Numbered from the whole stretch's first letter, positions 39,399 to 50,456 are shown. The stretch: DNA of 63,461 nt, filler included, from 6 parts of 6 records of this genome joined end to end with filler, not necessarily neighbours in it, one strand, 5' to 3'. Made by a program: numbers and translations. Notes: generated by a model from the sequence alone, not told the origin.

Positions 39399-39524
39399 TT
39401 TCTATCCTCCAAAAGGTGACGCCATCTAAAACTGGGTCAGGTTTAAAATTACGGTGGGCATATACGTGTAACAGCGTCAGCCCGGAAGGTCTCTTCAAAA
39501 AGAGATTTTCTTTCAAAAACGGGA

Positions 39525-39558
39525 ACGCAGGCGTGAAAGTCATCTCCCACGCCTGCGT
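39525..39558. other. Intercistronic hairpin between dhaK and dhaL
   Basis: ACGCAGGCGTG/CACGCCTGCGT, 11-bp stem. Confidence 0.6.
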
Positions 39559-39589
39559 ATTTTAAACTAACAATTAAGCAAACTTAAAC

Positions 39590-40648
39590 CTAGCGAACAA
39601 AACCGGGAGTCTGTGCCGGAGCATCCCAGAGCTTAAGCATTTCATCATCAACCTTGAGCAGAGTGATTGAAAAGCCCTGCATTTCCAGAGAAGTAATATA
39701 GGGTCCGACCAGGTTGCGGACAATATTGATACCTTTGACTTTGCAGACTTCATCAAGCTTTCTGTACAAAGCATAAAGTTCGGAAACTGGGGTACCGCCC
39801 ATGCTGTTGACGAATGCGATGACGTTATCGCCCTTAGCAAAAGGCTCATCGGTCAGCTTTTTATCTTCCCACTCGGTACCGTTCCATTCACGGACAGTAC
39901 GGCTGTATGCAGGATCGTCAATGATTTGCTCAGCTGCATACTGAGTCATTTCATCAACAGACTTGAGAGGCATGCGCTCAATACCGGGTTCACCGTGGAT
40001 ACCGATGCCCATTTCAACTTCATCTTCACCGAGATCGAAAGTAGGCTTACCTGCTGCGGGAACAATGCAGGAAGTCAGAGCTACACCGAATGAACGGCCG
40101 TACTGATTGACCTTGCGGCAGAGATCGGAGCATTTTTCCAGATCATAACCTGCTTCTGCAGCAGCACCAACAATCTTTTCAGCCAGAACGGTGGTACCAA
40201 CGCCGCGTCTACCTGCGGTGTAAAGGCTGTCTTTAACGGCTACGTCATCATCAATCAAAATATTCTGGACTTTGACGCCTTCTGCGGCAACCAGCTCGGC
40301 AGCGGCTTCAAAGTTCATTACGTCACCAGTGTAGTTCTTTACCATAAAAAGGACGCCTTCACCGCTGTCTACGGCCTTAGCGCATTCGTACATCTGGTCA
40401 GGGGTGGGGGAAGTAAAAACTTCACCGGGGCAGGCACCATCGAGCATACCTTTACCGACAAAGCCGCCATGCATGGGTTCGTGACCGGAACCTCCGCCGG
40501 ACACAATGGCGACCTTTCCTTTAACAGGAGCGTCTTCGCGGACTACGTAGTAGGGATCGTAGTTTACTTTCAGTTCAGGGTGAGCGAGGGCCATACCCTC
40601 AAGCTGTTCCTTAACCACATTTTCCACATCATTGATCAATTTTTTCAT
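39590..40648 (-). CDS. dhaK: Dihydroxyacetone kinase DHA-binding subunit
   Basis: [37 protein letters not shown]. Confidence 0.96.
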   Translation of the reverse strand: MKKLINDVENVVKEQLEGMALAHPELKVNYDPYYVVREDAPVKGKVAIVSGGGSGHEPMHGGFVGKGMLDGACPGEVFTSPTPDQMYECAKAVDSGEGVLFMVKNYTGDVMNFEAAAELVAAEGVKVQNILIDDDVAVKDSLYTAGRRGVGTTVLAEKIVGAAAEAGYDLEKCSDLCRKVNQYGRSFGVALTSCIVPAAGKPTFDLGEDEVEMGIGIHGEPGIERMPLKSVDEMTQYAAEQIIDDPAYSRTVREWNGTEWEDKKLTDEPFAKGDNVIAFVNSMGGTPVSELYALYRKLDEVCKVKGINIVRNLVGPYITSLEMQGFSITLLKVDDEMLKLWDAPAQTPGFVR

Positions 40649-40776
40649 AGTAAAAATCACCTCTGGTTCTAGGTTCCTTATGTGATGGCAACATTAAATC
40701 AATTGAGAAACATTGTCGACAAATGAACGCGCATTTTTTCGCTTCTATTGAAATTATTTTTATTTATGAATCCAAA

Positions 40777-40792
40777 TTTTCGTTTTCGAAAA
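40777..40792. promoter_or_regulatory. Putative DeoR/GlpR-type operator upstream of dhaK
   Basis: TTTTCG-N4-CGAAAA palindrome. Confidence 0.45.
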
Positions 40793-41112
40793 CAATTTTC
40801 TCAATATTTCCCATAAGAAATGATTTTTTTGATTGTTTCATCCATGAGACAGTTTCAACAAAAAGAAGAGAGACCTCATTGAATAACGTACTTTTGCGGT
40901 AGGAAAGTGGGTACTCCTCTCAATTAAAAACTCACAATCAAAACCTTATATTTCAAAACCGAACAATAGATATTAAATGATAACGATTTTTTTTATCATT
41001 TAGTCTAGCCAGACCCTGTATTAATGATTATATCTAATAATACATAATAAGATTTAATTTATTCATCTAAATAAGCAGGAAGACTCTGAACCATTCAGGG
41101 GAGGGGGACAAC

Positions 41113-41748
41113 ATGAAGAATTTAATATTTATAGCAATATTTTCTTTTTTTATTGCGGCTTCTGCCGCACAGGCAGTAACCATTACCGGCTGGACCCATA
41201 ATGACCACATAAGCGCAGACGTATACACAACCTACTCAACAAGCGATTCAAGCCTTCTACTTACCGTGACCAACACTTCACCTGCTACTTCAGCTTATCT
41301 CACTGGGCTTCTCTTTTCAGTTTCCGGTGCATCACTCAACCTGAGAGAAGTATCTTACTACTCAGATTCTGTCTCATCTTCGCCTGTAGATGTAACCGAC
41401 AGCTGGTCTATAGGCACTCCTGACAGCTCCATACTCAATGCCGAACCCATGAAGTATCTTGAAGGTATAAATACGGCAATCTTCACTGGTAATGATTTTT
41501 TAGGCGGTAACCCCAATCTAGGGCTGGAAATAGGCTGGACAGCTGATTTTATCTTTGATGTTGATGGTTCTTTGTCCGAATCTGCGAATGATTTCATCGC
41601 CCGGTTTCAAGGAATCAACTTTCCGGGACTGACCGGATCAGACAGTGATTTTGCCTCCCCTGTTCCGACTCCTATTCCGGGAGCAATCTGGCTGCTCGGT
41701 GCAGGATTGGGCGGACTGGCAATGCTGAGACGCAAGATGCAAGCATAA
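41113..41748 (+). CDS. VPLPA/PEP-CTERM exosortase-target surface protein, paralog 1
   Basis: Signal peptide; C-terminal PTPIPGAIWLLGAGLGGLAMLRRK. Confidence 0.88.
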   Translation: MKNLIFIAIFSFFIAASAAQAVTITGWTHNDHISADVYTTYSTSDSSLLLTVTNTSPATSAYLTGLLFSVSGASLNLREVSYYSDSVSSSPVDVTDSWSIGTPDSSILNAEPMKYLEGINTAIFTGNDFLGGNPNLGLEIGWTADFIFDVDGSLSESANDFIARFQGINFPGLTGSDSDFASPVPTPIPGAIWLLGAGLGGLAMLRRKMQA

Positions 41749-41752
41749 CCCT

Positions 41753-41793
41753 AAAAATCCTCCGGCTGAGATATTCGGCTGGAGGATTTTTTT
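41753..41793 (+). terminator. Intrinsic terminator
   Basis: AAAAATCCTCC...GGAGGATTTTTTT. Confidence 0.85.
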
Positions 41794-41971
41794 GTACTTC
41801 ATTGCGAGTTATATCCGTCATTGCAGCGGTTAAAACAATTCAAAAGCGAATAATATATTTTCCTACTCAATATTCCTTCCCTATGACTGGATTCATGGAT
41901 ATATTTAAAGTATACTCAAATAGTATTTATCTCATTACTAAGCATGAACAGAAGAAAGCCGTGAGGGAAAA

Positions 41972-42604
41972 ATGAAAAAACACATCTTAATATCAATATT
42001 GGCAGTCATGTTTATGGTTCCGGCAGCCAACGCTGCTACCATTTCCGGCTGGACACATCCTGATTACGTAAAAGCAGACATCACGACAACATATTCAGCT
42101 GGAGATTCAAGCCTACTGCTGACCGTGAAAAACACCTCCCCGGCAAATTCCGCAACTTTGCGCGGCCTAATATTTTCAGCACCGGATGTAACTCTGACCC
42201 TGCGGGAAGCATCCTACTATTCCCAATCAATTGCCACTCCCGTGCAAGTCACAAATAACTGGAACCTCGAATCCGCTGCAGGCACAAATCTTAATGCGGA
42301 ACCCATGAAATATTATGACGGACTGAACACGGTGCTCTATACCGGAAACAATTTTCAGGGGGGAAATCCTAAAACAGGTCTTGAAGTCGGCTGGACAGCG
42401 ACTTTCCTGTTCGATGTGGACGGCTCAATGGAAACTCCATTAAACCAATTCATAGCTCGATTTCAGAGCATAGACTATGAAGGTATGACCGCATCTGACA
42501 GTGACTACGCACATTCTGTGCCGACCCCCATTCCGGGTGCTCTCTGGCTATTCAGCATTGGTTTGGCCGGAATCGCGGTCTTGCGACAAAAAATGAGGCA
42601 ATAA
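41972..42604 (+). CDS. VPLPA/PEP-CTERM surface protein, paralog 2
   Basis: Aligns end to end with paralog 1 (GWTH, SSLLLTV.NTSPA, NAEPMKY, GGNP..GLE.GWTA, FIARFQ, PTPIPGA.WL). Confidence 0.88.
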   Translation: MKKHILISILAVMFMVPAANAATISGWTHPDYVKADITTTYSAGDSSLLLTVKNTSPANSATLRGLIFSAPDVTLTLREASYYSQSIATPVQVTNNWNLESAAGTNLNAEPMKYYDGLNTVLYTGNNFQGGNPKTGLEVGWTATFLFDVDGSMETPLNQFIARFQSIDYEGMTASDSDYAHSVPTPIPGALWLFSIGLAGIAVLRQKMRQ

Positions 42605-42612
42605 TCGAAAAG

Positions 42613-42652
42613 AAAAATCCTCCAGACAAATTATTTATCTGGAGGATTTTTT
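42613..42652. terminator. Bidirectional terminator
   Basis: AAAAATCCTCCAGA...TCTGGAGGATTTTTT between convergent genes. Confidence 0.85.
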
Positions 42653-42679
42653 ATGTAATCCGGATTCCGAACTTAAAAT

Positions 42680-43687
42680 TTATTTACTCAAATTGCTCAC
42701 TGAATCCCGCTCAACAAGTGTCGGCTCAACCTTTATCTGTAACCCTTTGGATCTCTTGCTGGACAATCTATCGATAAGTGTATCCACTGCCCGGGCAGCG
42801 ATCTCTTTCTTGGGTTGATGGATGGTTGTCAGAGCCGGGGCTGTAAACCGGGAAATATAAACATTGTCATAACCGATGACAGACAGGTCCTGCGGCACCC
42901 TGATCCCAAGCCGTGAAGCCTCACTCAACACACCGATAGCCATCATATCGTTACAGACAAACACAGCACTGGGAAGCTCCTCAAGCCCTGAAAAGTAACG
43001 CATGGCTTCTACCCCGCCTTCACAACCATAGTCGCCTTCAAAAATCCACTCTTCACGAACAGAAAGCCCTGTCTCAACCATAGCTTGTCGATAACCTTTC
43101 AGGCGTTCCATAGCAGAGCGACGGTCCTGTGGTCCGGCGATACAACCGATATCGCCATGCCCCTTGGCAATTAAATATTTAGTGGCCAACCGCGCTCCGC
43201 TGAGCGAATTGTCATAAATCCTATCTACATTATCCGACTCAGGACCCCAGTCAAAAACAACAATGGGAACACTGCGCTCAGCTTCAATCAGGTTAATTAT
43301 CTCATCATTAACCTCACTGCAAAGAAGCAACAAACCGTCCACGCGCTTTTCTTCAAGGGCATCAAGATTGGCTTCCATGCGCTTGATATCACCCTCAGTA
43401 TTACACAAGAAAAGAGTATATCCACGCTCGTAGCAACGCCGTTCAACCCCATGAACAACCTCGGCAAAAAAAGGGTTGCGGCTGGCAGTGACCAGCATCC
43501 CCAGAGTCCGGGTTTGCTGAACCTTCAGACTGCGCGCAATGGAAGATGGACGGTAATTCAACTCCTCCACAGCCCGCTCCACCAGCTCCCGTTTCTCGTC
43601 ACTAACGAAACGGGTCTCGTTTAGAACGTGTGAGACTGTTGAAGTCGACACACCTGCTAGTTTTGCTACATCTTTAATGGTCGCCAT
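42680..43687 (-). CDS. rbsR: LacI-family ribose operon repressor
   Basis: MATIKDVAKLAGVSTSTVSHVLN HTH; directly follows rbsK. Confidence 0.88.
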   Translation of the reverse strand: MATIKDVAKLAGVSTSTVSHVLNETRFVSDEKRELVERAVEELNYRPSSIARSLKVQQTRTLGMLVTASRNPFFAEVVHGVERRCYERGYTLFLCNTEGDIKRMEANLDALEEKRVDGLLLLCSEVNDEIINLIEAERSVPIVVFDWGPESDNVDRIYDNSLSGARLATKYLIAKGHGDIGCIAGPQDRRSAMERLKGYRQAMVETGLSVREEWIFEGDYGCEGGVEAMRYFSGLEELPSAVFVCNDMMAIGVLSEASRLGIRVPQDLSVIGYDNVYISRFTAPALTTIHQPKKEIAARAVDTLIDRLSSKRSKGLQIKVEPTLVERDSVSNLSK

Positions 43688-43693
43688 AAATAT

Positions 43694-44620
43694 TTACGCG
43701 TTATCCTTAATAAATCTGTTTACTTCTTCAAGACTGGGAATGGATGTCTGCGCTCCAAGCCGAGTAACAGAAATTGCTGCCGCACCATGCGCGAACCCAA
43801 TTGCTTCCTCAAGACTTGCGCCCTTCTGTATGGAAGCAACCAGCGCACCGTTAAATGTATCCCCGGCAGCAGTAGTATCTACGGCTTTGACCAAATATCC
43901 GCAAACCAACTTCTTTCCTTTTGAATTACTCAAAAAGGCCCCCTTCTCACCAAGGGTAATCAGCACGGTGTCGACACCTTTGCCATGCAGTACACAAGCT
44001 GCCATTGCGGCATCATCTTCGCTCTTAACTTTAATTCCGGTGAGCAATTCCGCCTCGGTTTCATTGGGGGTGATCATATCAAGATCAGCCAGCAGAGAAT
44101 CTGGCAAGGCGCGGGCCGGAGCAGGATTCAATATCACTTTTGTCCCGGCAGCATGGGCTTCTTTTGCAGCCAACTCAATCGTTTCCAACGGACTTTCAAG
44201 CTGCATAAGCAGAGTTTTAGCTTCACGGATCAATCCAAGGTGGGGCTGCAAAGCATCAGGAGTAAGCGCCGCATTAGCTTCAGCTGAAATAGAAATAGAG
44301 TTCTCGCCGCTGGCGGCAATCTGGATCAAGGCAATCCCGGTTGGCAAACCGTCAACAGCCATTATCGCTGAAGTATCAATCCCATCCTGCTGAAATTCAT
44401 TGATCATGCTCCGCCCGAAATCATCATCACCTACGCAGGCAATAAAACCAATCTCAGCGCCGAGACGGGCCGCAGCCACAGCCTGATTGGCTCCTTTACC
44501 ACCGGGAATGATCTGATAGCCATGTCCGGTCACGGTCTCGCCGGGACGCGGGAAATTATCCACCTGCAAAACATGGTCGGCATTTACACTACCGAGGACG
44601 ATTAATCTAGGCGAAGCCAT
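43694..44620 (-). CDS. rbsK: Ribokinase
   Basis: GSVNAD, PGGKGANQAVA, PNETE, DTTAAGDTF; start ATG 44620 after GGAGAG. Confidence 0.95.
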   Translation of the reverse strand: MASPRLIVLGSVNADHVLQVDNFPRPGETVTGHGYQIIPGGKGANQAVAAARLGAEIGFIACVGDDDFGRSMINEFQQDGIDTSAIMAVDGLPTGIALIQIAASGENSISISAEANAALTPDALQPHLGLIREAKTLLMQLESPLETIELAAKEAHAAGTKVILNPAPARALPDSLLADLDMITPNETEAELLTGIKVKSEDDAAMAACVLHGKGVDTVLITLGEKGAFLSNSKGKKLVCGYLVKAVDTTAAGDTFNGALVASIQKGASLEEAIGFAHGAAAISVTRLGAQTSIPSLEEVNRFIKDNA

Positions 44621-44640
44621 AACACTCTCCATCTCAAAAA

Positions 44641-44672
44641 CAAGGCGTGCCGATAAAGGGCGACACGCCTTG
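44641..44672 (-). other. Intercistronic hairpin between rbsB and rbsK
   Basis: CAAGGCGTG/CACGCCTTG stem with an A-run on + (U-run on -). Confidence 0.65.
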
Positions 44673-44682
44673 GAATATTCAA

Positions 44683-45558
44683 TTATTTAACAACCATCAA
44701 GGGGACGGGGATGTAAGCATCGACCTTTTCGCCCTTGAGGACCTTATCGGCAGTTTTAACACCAAGAAGACCGATCAGTGCGGGCTGCTGGGCGATGGTT
44801 CCGGCCATAACGCCGCGCTTGACTGCTGCAACGCCGTCGTCGGTACCATCAAAACCTACAACGACAACGTTCTTGCCTGCGGCCTGAATAGCGCGGATAG
44901 CGCCAAGTGCCATTTCATCGTTCTGAGCAAAAACACCCTGCACATCACCGTTAGCTGCGAGCAGGTTTTCCATTACATTCAGACCCTTGGTGCGGTCAAA
45001 ATCTGCAGGCTGCGAGGCGAGCACTTTAAAATTATTGGCTTTAACAGCTTCGGCAAAACCTGCACCACGGTCACGGGCTGCGGAAGTCCCGGCCAGACCT
45101 TCGAGCTGGATCACTTTTGCGCCCTTGCCCAATTTTTCAGCCATGAAATCACCGGCCATTTTACCGCCTGCTACGTTATCGGAAGCAATGTGGGAAGCCA
45201 CTTTACCTGCGGATGCACCACGGTCGAGGGTCAGCACGGGGATATTGCTACGGTTGGCAAGACGGATAGCGTTAACAACGGCATCAGAATCAGTGGGGTT
45301 GATCAAAATAGCTTTGACGCCGCGTACGGTGAGGTCCTCAACGTTAGCCAGTTCCTTTGCAGGATCGTTCTGGGAATCAAGCACGATCAGCTCGTAGCCC
45401 ATGTCATTAGCTTTCTTAACTGCGCCATCTTTGAGGGTGACGAAGAAGGGGTTGTTCAGGGTGGAAACTACAAGTGCGAGGGTTTCCTTAGCCTGTGCGG
45501 AAACGCTGAGGCCCAAAGTCAGTACCAGAGCCATGGCGAGGGTCATAAGTTTTTTCAT
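44683..45558 (-). CDS. rbsB: D-ribose ABC transporter substrate-binding protein
   Basis: [46 protein letters not shown], close to enterobacterial RbsB. Confidence 0.93.
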   Translation of the reverse strand: MKKLMTLAMALVLTLGLSVSAQAKETLALVVSTLNNPFFVTLKDGAVKKANDMGYELIVLDSQNDPAKELANVEDLTVRGVKAILINPTDSDAVVNAIRLANRSNIPVLTLDRGASAGKVASHIASDNVAGGKMAGDFMAEKLGKGAKVIQLEGLAGTSAARDRGAGFAEAVKANNFKVLASQPADFDRTKGLNVMENLLAANGDVQGVFAQNDEMALGAIRAIQAAGKNVVVVGFDGTDDGVAAVKRGVMAGTIAQQPALIGLLGVKTADKVLKGEKVDAYIPVPLMVVK

Positions 45559-45579
45559 CCTACACTCCTAATGTTTTTA

Positions 45580-45664
45580 TTACTTGCTTTTGGTATCCAC
45601 CAGAACCGCTAAAAGGATGACCAGCGCCTTGGCTATCATCTGATAATAGGAAGATACATCAAGC
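45580..45664 (-). CDS. rbsC: Ribose ABC permease, C-terminal fragment
   Basis: Manual translation LDVSSYYQMIAKALVILLAVLVDTKSK* matches the RbsC C-terminus. Confidence 0.85.
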
Positions 45665-45764
45665 NNNNNNNNNNNNNNNNNNNNNNNNNNNNNNNNNNNN
45701 NNNNNNNNTTAATTAATTAANNNNNNNNNNNNNNNNNNNNNNNNNNNNNNNNNNNNNNNNNNNN
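45665..45764. other. Artificial contig spacer
   Basis: N44-TTAATTAATTAA-N44. Confidence 0.99.
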
Positions 45765-45788
45765 CGCAGGCGGGACGCCTGCGCTCCC
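45765..45788. repeat. REP-like palindrome at contig end
   Basis: CGCAGGCG-GGA-CGCCTGCG-CTCCC. Confidence 0.55.
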
Positions 45789-45851
45789 GGATATGGCAAA
45801 ATGGACAAGTTAGTTAAGGCCCGTTCCTTGCTGGTCATCAGTGCCTATCGG

Positions 45852-47168
45852 TTAATCCTTAATGGTGTCGGCATAGATCTCAATCACATGCCGGACCTTT
45901 ACCTCATCATGGTTCTGGGAGAGTACATCCCGGATCTGCATCATGCACGCAGGGCAGGATGTGGCAACGGTGGTTGCCCCGCAGGCCAGGATATTCCGCC
46001 GTTTTTCCATACCAATCTGTTTGGACAAGTCATAATTTTGCAGGTTAAAACTGCCCCCGTTGCCGCAGCAGGTATCCGCATCTGCCATCTCCACAAAATC
46101 GCATCCGGCATTGGCCCGGATCAGATCCCGGGGCTGGCTTTTAACCTTCAGGGATTTGGCCAGGTGGCAGGGATCATGATAGGTCACGGTGCCCCTGGAG
46201 AATTCAATGGCATCGGAACCGGCGTCTAAATTCTGCGCCGGTGCCACTCCCAGAACATCCACCAGAAATTGGCTGATGTCCATGGTTTTGGCTGCCCACT
46301 GTCCGGTCCTGAATTTTTCAATGGAGTCCGCTTCCGCCATCATGGGCCAGATCTCCTTAATGGTTGCCGTACAGGTGGCGCAGGGCGTGATCAGGTAATC
46401 AAACTGTTCCTGGGCAAACAGGGTGGCATTGTGGGCCAGCAGGGTGTCAAAGGTTTTCCGTTCACCGGATGACAGGGCGGGAATTCCGCAGCAGGCCTGA
46501 CCCTTGGGCATAAATACACCCACCCCGTGATGTTTGAATACCTTGAGCGCTGCTTCACCGATTTCAGGGTTCATCTTGTCAGTAACGCATCCCGGGAAAA
46601 ATGCCACCTTCAATCCTGAACGCCCGGCCGGGGTGTTCAGTGAGGGGTATGTTTTATGGAACGGGGTTTTGGCCAGGGGCAAAAAATGCCTGTCGCCGAT
46701 CACCCTGGACAGCAACTTGGAACACCGGGTGCCCTGGGTGGGATCAGCCTTGGCAGTGCCAATATTCTGGAACCGGGATGCCGTGTGAACCAGGGCATCC
46801 ATGCGCTCCGGATGTTTGAGCATGCCCCTGAAAATCAGTTTTTTCACCGGGGATAGCCCGATATACTCGGTCAACGCTGTCCGGGCTTTCAGGAAGATCT
46901 CCAGGATCTTCACCCCCGAGGGGCAGTTGGCGGCACAGGTGCCGCACATCAGGCATTTTTCAATCCGGGTTTTGGCCCCCTTGGCATCGGTAAGCATCTC
47001 TTCGGCCAGGCGTTCCAGAAGAAAAATCTTGCCCCGGGCCACATCACCCTCATCCCCGGTCTGTTTAAACACCGGGCAGACAGCCTGGCACATCCCGCAT
47101 TTCATGCAGTCCGTGAGCTGATTTTCAATCTCTTTCAGGCTGTTCGCAAGTTTGTTTAGCTCTGACAT
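45852..47168 (-). CDS. Fe-S/CCG-domain subunit of (D-)lactate dehydrogenase (GlcF-like)
   Basis: CMKCGMCQAVCP, CLMCGTCAANCP, two CCG domains, YHDPCHL. Confidence 0.92.
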   Translation of the reverse strand: MSELNKLANSLKEIENQLTDCMKCGMCQAVCPVFKQTGDEGDVARGKIFLLERLAEEMLTDAKGAKTRIEKCLMCGTCAANCPSGVKILEIFLKARTALTEYIGLSPVKKLIFRGMLKHPERMDALVHTASRFQNIGTAKADPTQGTRCSKLLSRVIGDRHFLPLAKTPFHKTYPSLNTPAGRSGLKVAFFPGCVTDKMNPEIGEAALKVFKHHGVGVFMPKGQACCGIPALSSGERKTFDTLLAHNATLFAQEQFDYLITPCATCTATIKEIWPMMAEADSIEKFRTGQWAAKTMDISQFLVDVLGVAPAQNLDAGSDAIEFSRGTVTYHDPCHLAKSLKVKSQPRDLIRANAGCDFVEMADADTCCGNGGSFNLQNYDLSKQIGMEKRRNILACGATTVATSCPACMMQIRDVLSQNHDEVKVRHVIEIYADTIKD

Positions 47169-47169
47169 C

Positions 47170-48555
47170 TTATCTCCCTATGATTTTTCCCGGGTTGAGG
47201 ATGTTGTTCGGGTCAATGGCGGCCTTCATGGTCCGGCAGAAGTCAATGGAGGACTGACCCACCTCGTTTTTCATGAATCCGGCCTTGGCAATGCCGATGC
47301 CGTGTTCCCCGGATAAGGTCCCCCCTAAAGAGAGGGCCGCGTCAAACAGGTCGGCCACACAGTGTTCCACCCGTTCCCAAAGGGCTGCATCCCGTCGGTC
47401 CGTTAACAGGGTTGGGTGCAGGTTGCCGTCGCCGGCATGGCCAAATGTGCCAATGGGAATATCATACTTGACAGCCAGTTTTTCAATGGCGCTGACCATG
47501 GCCGGGATCTGGCTTCTGGGCACGGTGGCGTCTTCGAGCACCAGAGTAGGCTTAAGTCTGGCAAGAGCGGACAGGGCAGCACGTCGGGCTTCCCACAGCT
47601 TCTCTTTCTCAGCATCATTTTGGGCCACTTGGATGGCTCTGGCACCAAGTTTTTTGCAGATCTGCTCAACCTTTTCGCCGTCTTCGGCGACCTGGGCGGG
47701 ATGCCCGTCTACTTCAATAAGCAGCAGGGCTTTGGCGTCCCGGGGCAGGCCCACGTTTGCAAAATCCTCCACGGCATTAATGGTGAAATTATCCATGAAC
47801 TCCAGGGTGCAGGGGACGATCTTGTCTGCGATAATGGCGGCCACGGTCTGGGTGGCGGCCTCTATACTGTCGTACACCGCCATCATGGCCTTGGAGGCCG
47901 CCGGTGGCGGAATCAGCTTCAGGGTAATTTCGCTGAACACGCCCAGGGTGCCTTCGGAAGCCGTCATCAATCCTGCCAGGTTGTATCCGGTGACGCATTT
48001 TACGGTTTTGGAACCCGAGGTGACCTTGCGACCCATGGCATCGAAAAACTCCACAGACATGACATAGTCTTTGGTCACCCCGTATTTAAAGCCTCTCAGA
48101 CCACCGGCGTTTTCCGCCACATTGCCGCCAATGGTGGAGACGGCCTGGCTGCCGGGGTCCGGGGGATAAAACAATCCTTTGGCCGCCACCTGGGCCGCCA
48201 GGTTGGCCGTGACCACACCAGGCTCCACCCGGACGTACATGTCGGTTTCGTTGAGTTCAATGATCCGGTTCATCCGGTTGGTGAGCAGCACAATGCCGTT
48301 TTTTTCCGGAATGGTGCCCCCGGACAGGTTGGTGCCCGCCCCCCGGACAGTAACCGGGGTGCCGCTGTCGTTGCACAATGAAATAACTTTACCAATGGCC
48401 TCTTTGCTGTCCGGACGGACCACGGCAGCGGGTATGGTAGGTTCAAGAACCGCAGCATCGTATGAATAATTCTGGCGGTCAACCTCCGAGGTCATCACTC
48501 CTTTTTCGCCGCAGATCTGTTTAAGTTCGCTGATTAAAGATGAAGATAAGCTCAT
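47170..48555 (-). CDS. FAD-linked oxidase, GlcD-like (D-lactate dehydrogenase flavoprotein subunit)
   Basis: RGAGTNLSGG, YPPDP.S, GHAGDGNLH, GEHGIG, NPGK; start at ATG 48555. Confidence 0.92.
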   Translation of the reverse strand: MSLSSSLISELKQICGEKGVMTSEVDRQNYSYDAAVLEPTIPAAVVRPDSKEAIGKVISLCNDSGTPVTVRGAGTNLSGGTIPEKNGIVLLTNRMNRIIELNETDMYVRVEPGVVTANLAAQVAAKGLFYPPDPGSQAVSTIGGNVAENAGGLRGFKYGVTKDYVMSVEFFDAMGRKVTSGSKTVKCVTGYNLAGLMTASEGTLGVFSEITLKLIPPPAASKAMMAVYDSIEAATQTVAAIIADKIVPCTLEFMDNFTINAVEDFANVGLPRDAKALLLIEVDGHPAQVAEDGEKVEQICKKLGARAIQVAQNDAEKEKLWEARRAALSALARLKPTLVLEDATVPRSQIPAMVSAIEKLAVKYDIPIGTFGHAGDGNLHPTLLTDRRDAALWERVEHCVADLFDAALSLGGTLSGEHGIGIAKAGFMKNEVGQSSIDFCRTMKAAIDPNNILNPGKIIGR

Positions 48556-48565
48556 AGGTCTTCTC

Positions 48566-50269
48566 CTAAAAAGTCCCTGGAAACAGGATGTAAATAAAAA
48601 GCATTCCCATGACGCCGGCGACAAGTCCGTAAAGCAGACAGGGGATCATGGTGCGGCGGAGAATGGTGCCTTCCATGCCGACCAGGCCAACGGTGGCCGA
48701 TGCCGCAACTACGTTGTGCACGCAGATCATATTGCCCATGGCAGCCCCTACGGACTGCAGGGCCACAATAATGGTATGGCTGTCGCCGGTGGTGGCGGCC
48801 ACGCCGTACTGGAAGTCGGCAAACAGCAGGTTGGAAACCGTGCAGGAGCCGGTGATAAAAGCGCCCAGCGCCCCCACATAGGAGGCTGCCATGGGCCATA
48901 GCGACCCGCATAAGCCTGCTACAAATTCGGCCATGGTCAACGGCATGGAGACATACCCGGCCGTACCGTGTCCCGACTGTTTAAGGATCTCCACCATGGC
49001 CACGGCAAAGAGCATGGCAATGGTGGGGTTCTTCATTTTTACAACCGCATCCTTCCAGGCCAGGGTTACCTTGGGCCCGGGAATCCGGTGGATGAATATG
49101 GTCAGTATCGCCACCAGCATAAAAGGAACCACGCCGGGCAGGTAAAACGGTTTCATGGCAAAATTGACGGTTGCCCAGCCCATAATTTGGGGAAAGGAGA
49201 TCACAAAGGATGTAACCCACCCCTTAAAGGGCAGAAAGGAGAGACGTGTGAGTACCAGCAGTAGGGCAATGAGAATATAGGGCGTCCAGGCGGCCAACTG
49301 GCTCATTTTAGGGGTCAGATTGTTGGAACCCGGCTCAATATCCCCCAGCCACTCCTTTTCCCAATGGACCCGGTCGGCGAACTCCCAGGTACCTCTGGGT
49401 AGAAAAAGTTTTTTCCTGGCACCGGTGATCACCAGTCCTAAACCGATGAGTCCGCCTAGCAGAGAGGGAAACTCCGAACCAAAAATAACAGCTGTGAACA
49501 GATAGGGAACAGCATAGCAAAGACCGGCAAAGACGGCAAATTTCCAGACACCTAAGCCTTCGGCCCAGGACTTATTTTTACCGAAAAACCGGGTGAGAAA
49601 ACAGACCACAAACAAGGGCAGCAGGATGGCGGCCATGGCATGAATTAGGGCGGCATAGACACCCACCTGGTGCATGAAGACTTCAAAGGAAGCTATGGGG
49701 GCACCTTGGCTGACAGCGGTTTCCACCACCGGTTTGAGATTTTTAAGCCCAAACCAGATGGGTGTGCCCACGGCCCCGAAGGTGACGGGAATGGAGTTGA
49801 GTATGAGACAGACACACACCGCAGCCAGGGCAGGAAATCCTAAGCCTAGCAGCAAAGGTGCGGCAATGGCCGAAGGCGTCCCGAAACCGGCAGATCCTTC
49901 AATGAAGGCACCGAACAGAAAGGCAATGATGATGGTCTGGACCCGGCGGTCCGGGGATATGGTTGTAAAACCGTGGGAGATGGTCTCCATGGCCCCGCTC
50001 TCCCTTAGGGTGTATAGGATGAGAACGGCACCGAACACGATGATCAGCACGTTGACGGCGCTGCCGAATCCGCTCAGGGTGGAGGCGGCCACAAGGCCTG
50101 CCGGCATTTTCCAAAGGGTTGTCCCGATCAGGGCACAGACTATCCATGCCAGGGGCATGGCCCTAGTGGCGGGCCATCTTAAGCCCACCATAAAGATTAA
50201 TACCAGGGCAATGGGAATAAACGCAATAAATGCTGATAAGCTAAGAGACAAACCATACCTCCTTTTCAT
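48566..50269 (-). CDS. L-lactate permease (LctP family)
   Basis: [47 protein letters not shown]. Confidence 0.95.
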   Translation of the reverse strand: MKRRYGLSLSLSAFIAFIPIALVLIFMVGLRWPATRAMPLAWIVCALIGTTLWKMPAGLVAASTLSGFGSAVNVLIIVFGAVLILYTLRESGAMETISHGFTTISPDRRVQTIIIAFLFGAFIEGSAGFGTPSAIAAPLLLGLGFPALAAVCVCLILNSIPVTFGAVGTPIWFGLKNLKPVVETAVSQGAPIASFEVFMHQVGVYAALIHAMAAILLPLFVVCFLTRFFGKNKSWAEGLGVWKFAVFAGLCYAVPYLFTAVIFGSEFPSLLGGLIGLGLVITGARKKLFLPRGTWEFADRVHWEKEWLGDIEPGSNNLTPKMSQLAAWTPYILIALLLVLTRLSFLPFKGWVTSFVISFPQIMGWATVNFAMKPFYLPGVVPFMLVAILTIFIHRIPGPKVTLAWKDAVVKMKNPTIAMLFAVAMVEILKQSGHGTAGYVSMPLTMAEFVAGLCGSLWPMAASYVGALGAFITGSCTVSNLLFADFQYGVAATTGDSHTIIVALQSVGAAMGNMICVHNVVAASATVGLVGMEGTILRRTMIPCLLYGLVAGVMGMLFIYILFPGTF

Positions 50270-50399
50270 CCAAAATATAGGACCCGAGAAGCTGGATGAA
50301 CGGTATTGTTCAGTTTTATACGCCGGTCCGGGTCATTAAATTTCTCTGCGGCAATCCGGAGGGAACCATTCCCACCTGCCGCATACCTGATACATATAC

Positions 50400-50416
50400 T
50401 ACAAAAATGGTGCCGA
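50400..50416 (-). promoter_or_regulatory. Putative sigma54 -24/-12 promoter of the lactate operon
   Basis: Minus strand TCGGCACCATTTTTGTA = GG-N10-GT, one mismatch from the canonical GG-N10-GC. Confidence 0.55.
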
Positions 50417-50456
50417 CATTCGCAAAGCCTTGAAAATATATTAGATTTAAGTTTTC

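Noticed and set aside
44647-45612. 321-aa plus-strand ORF
   Set aside because: Antisense shadow of rbsB.
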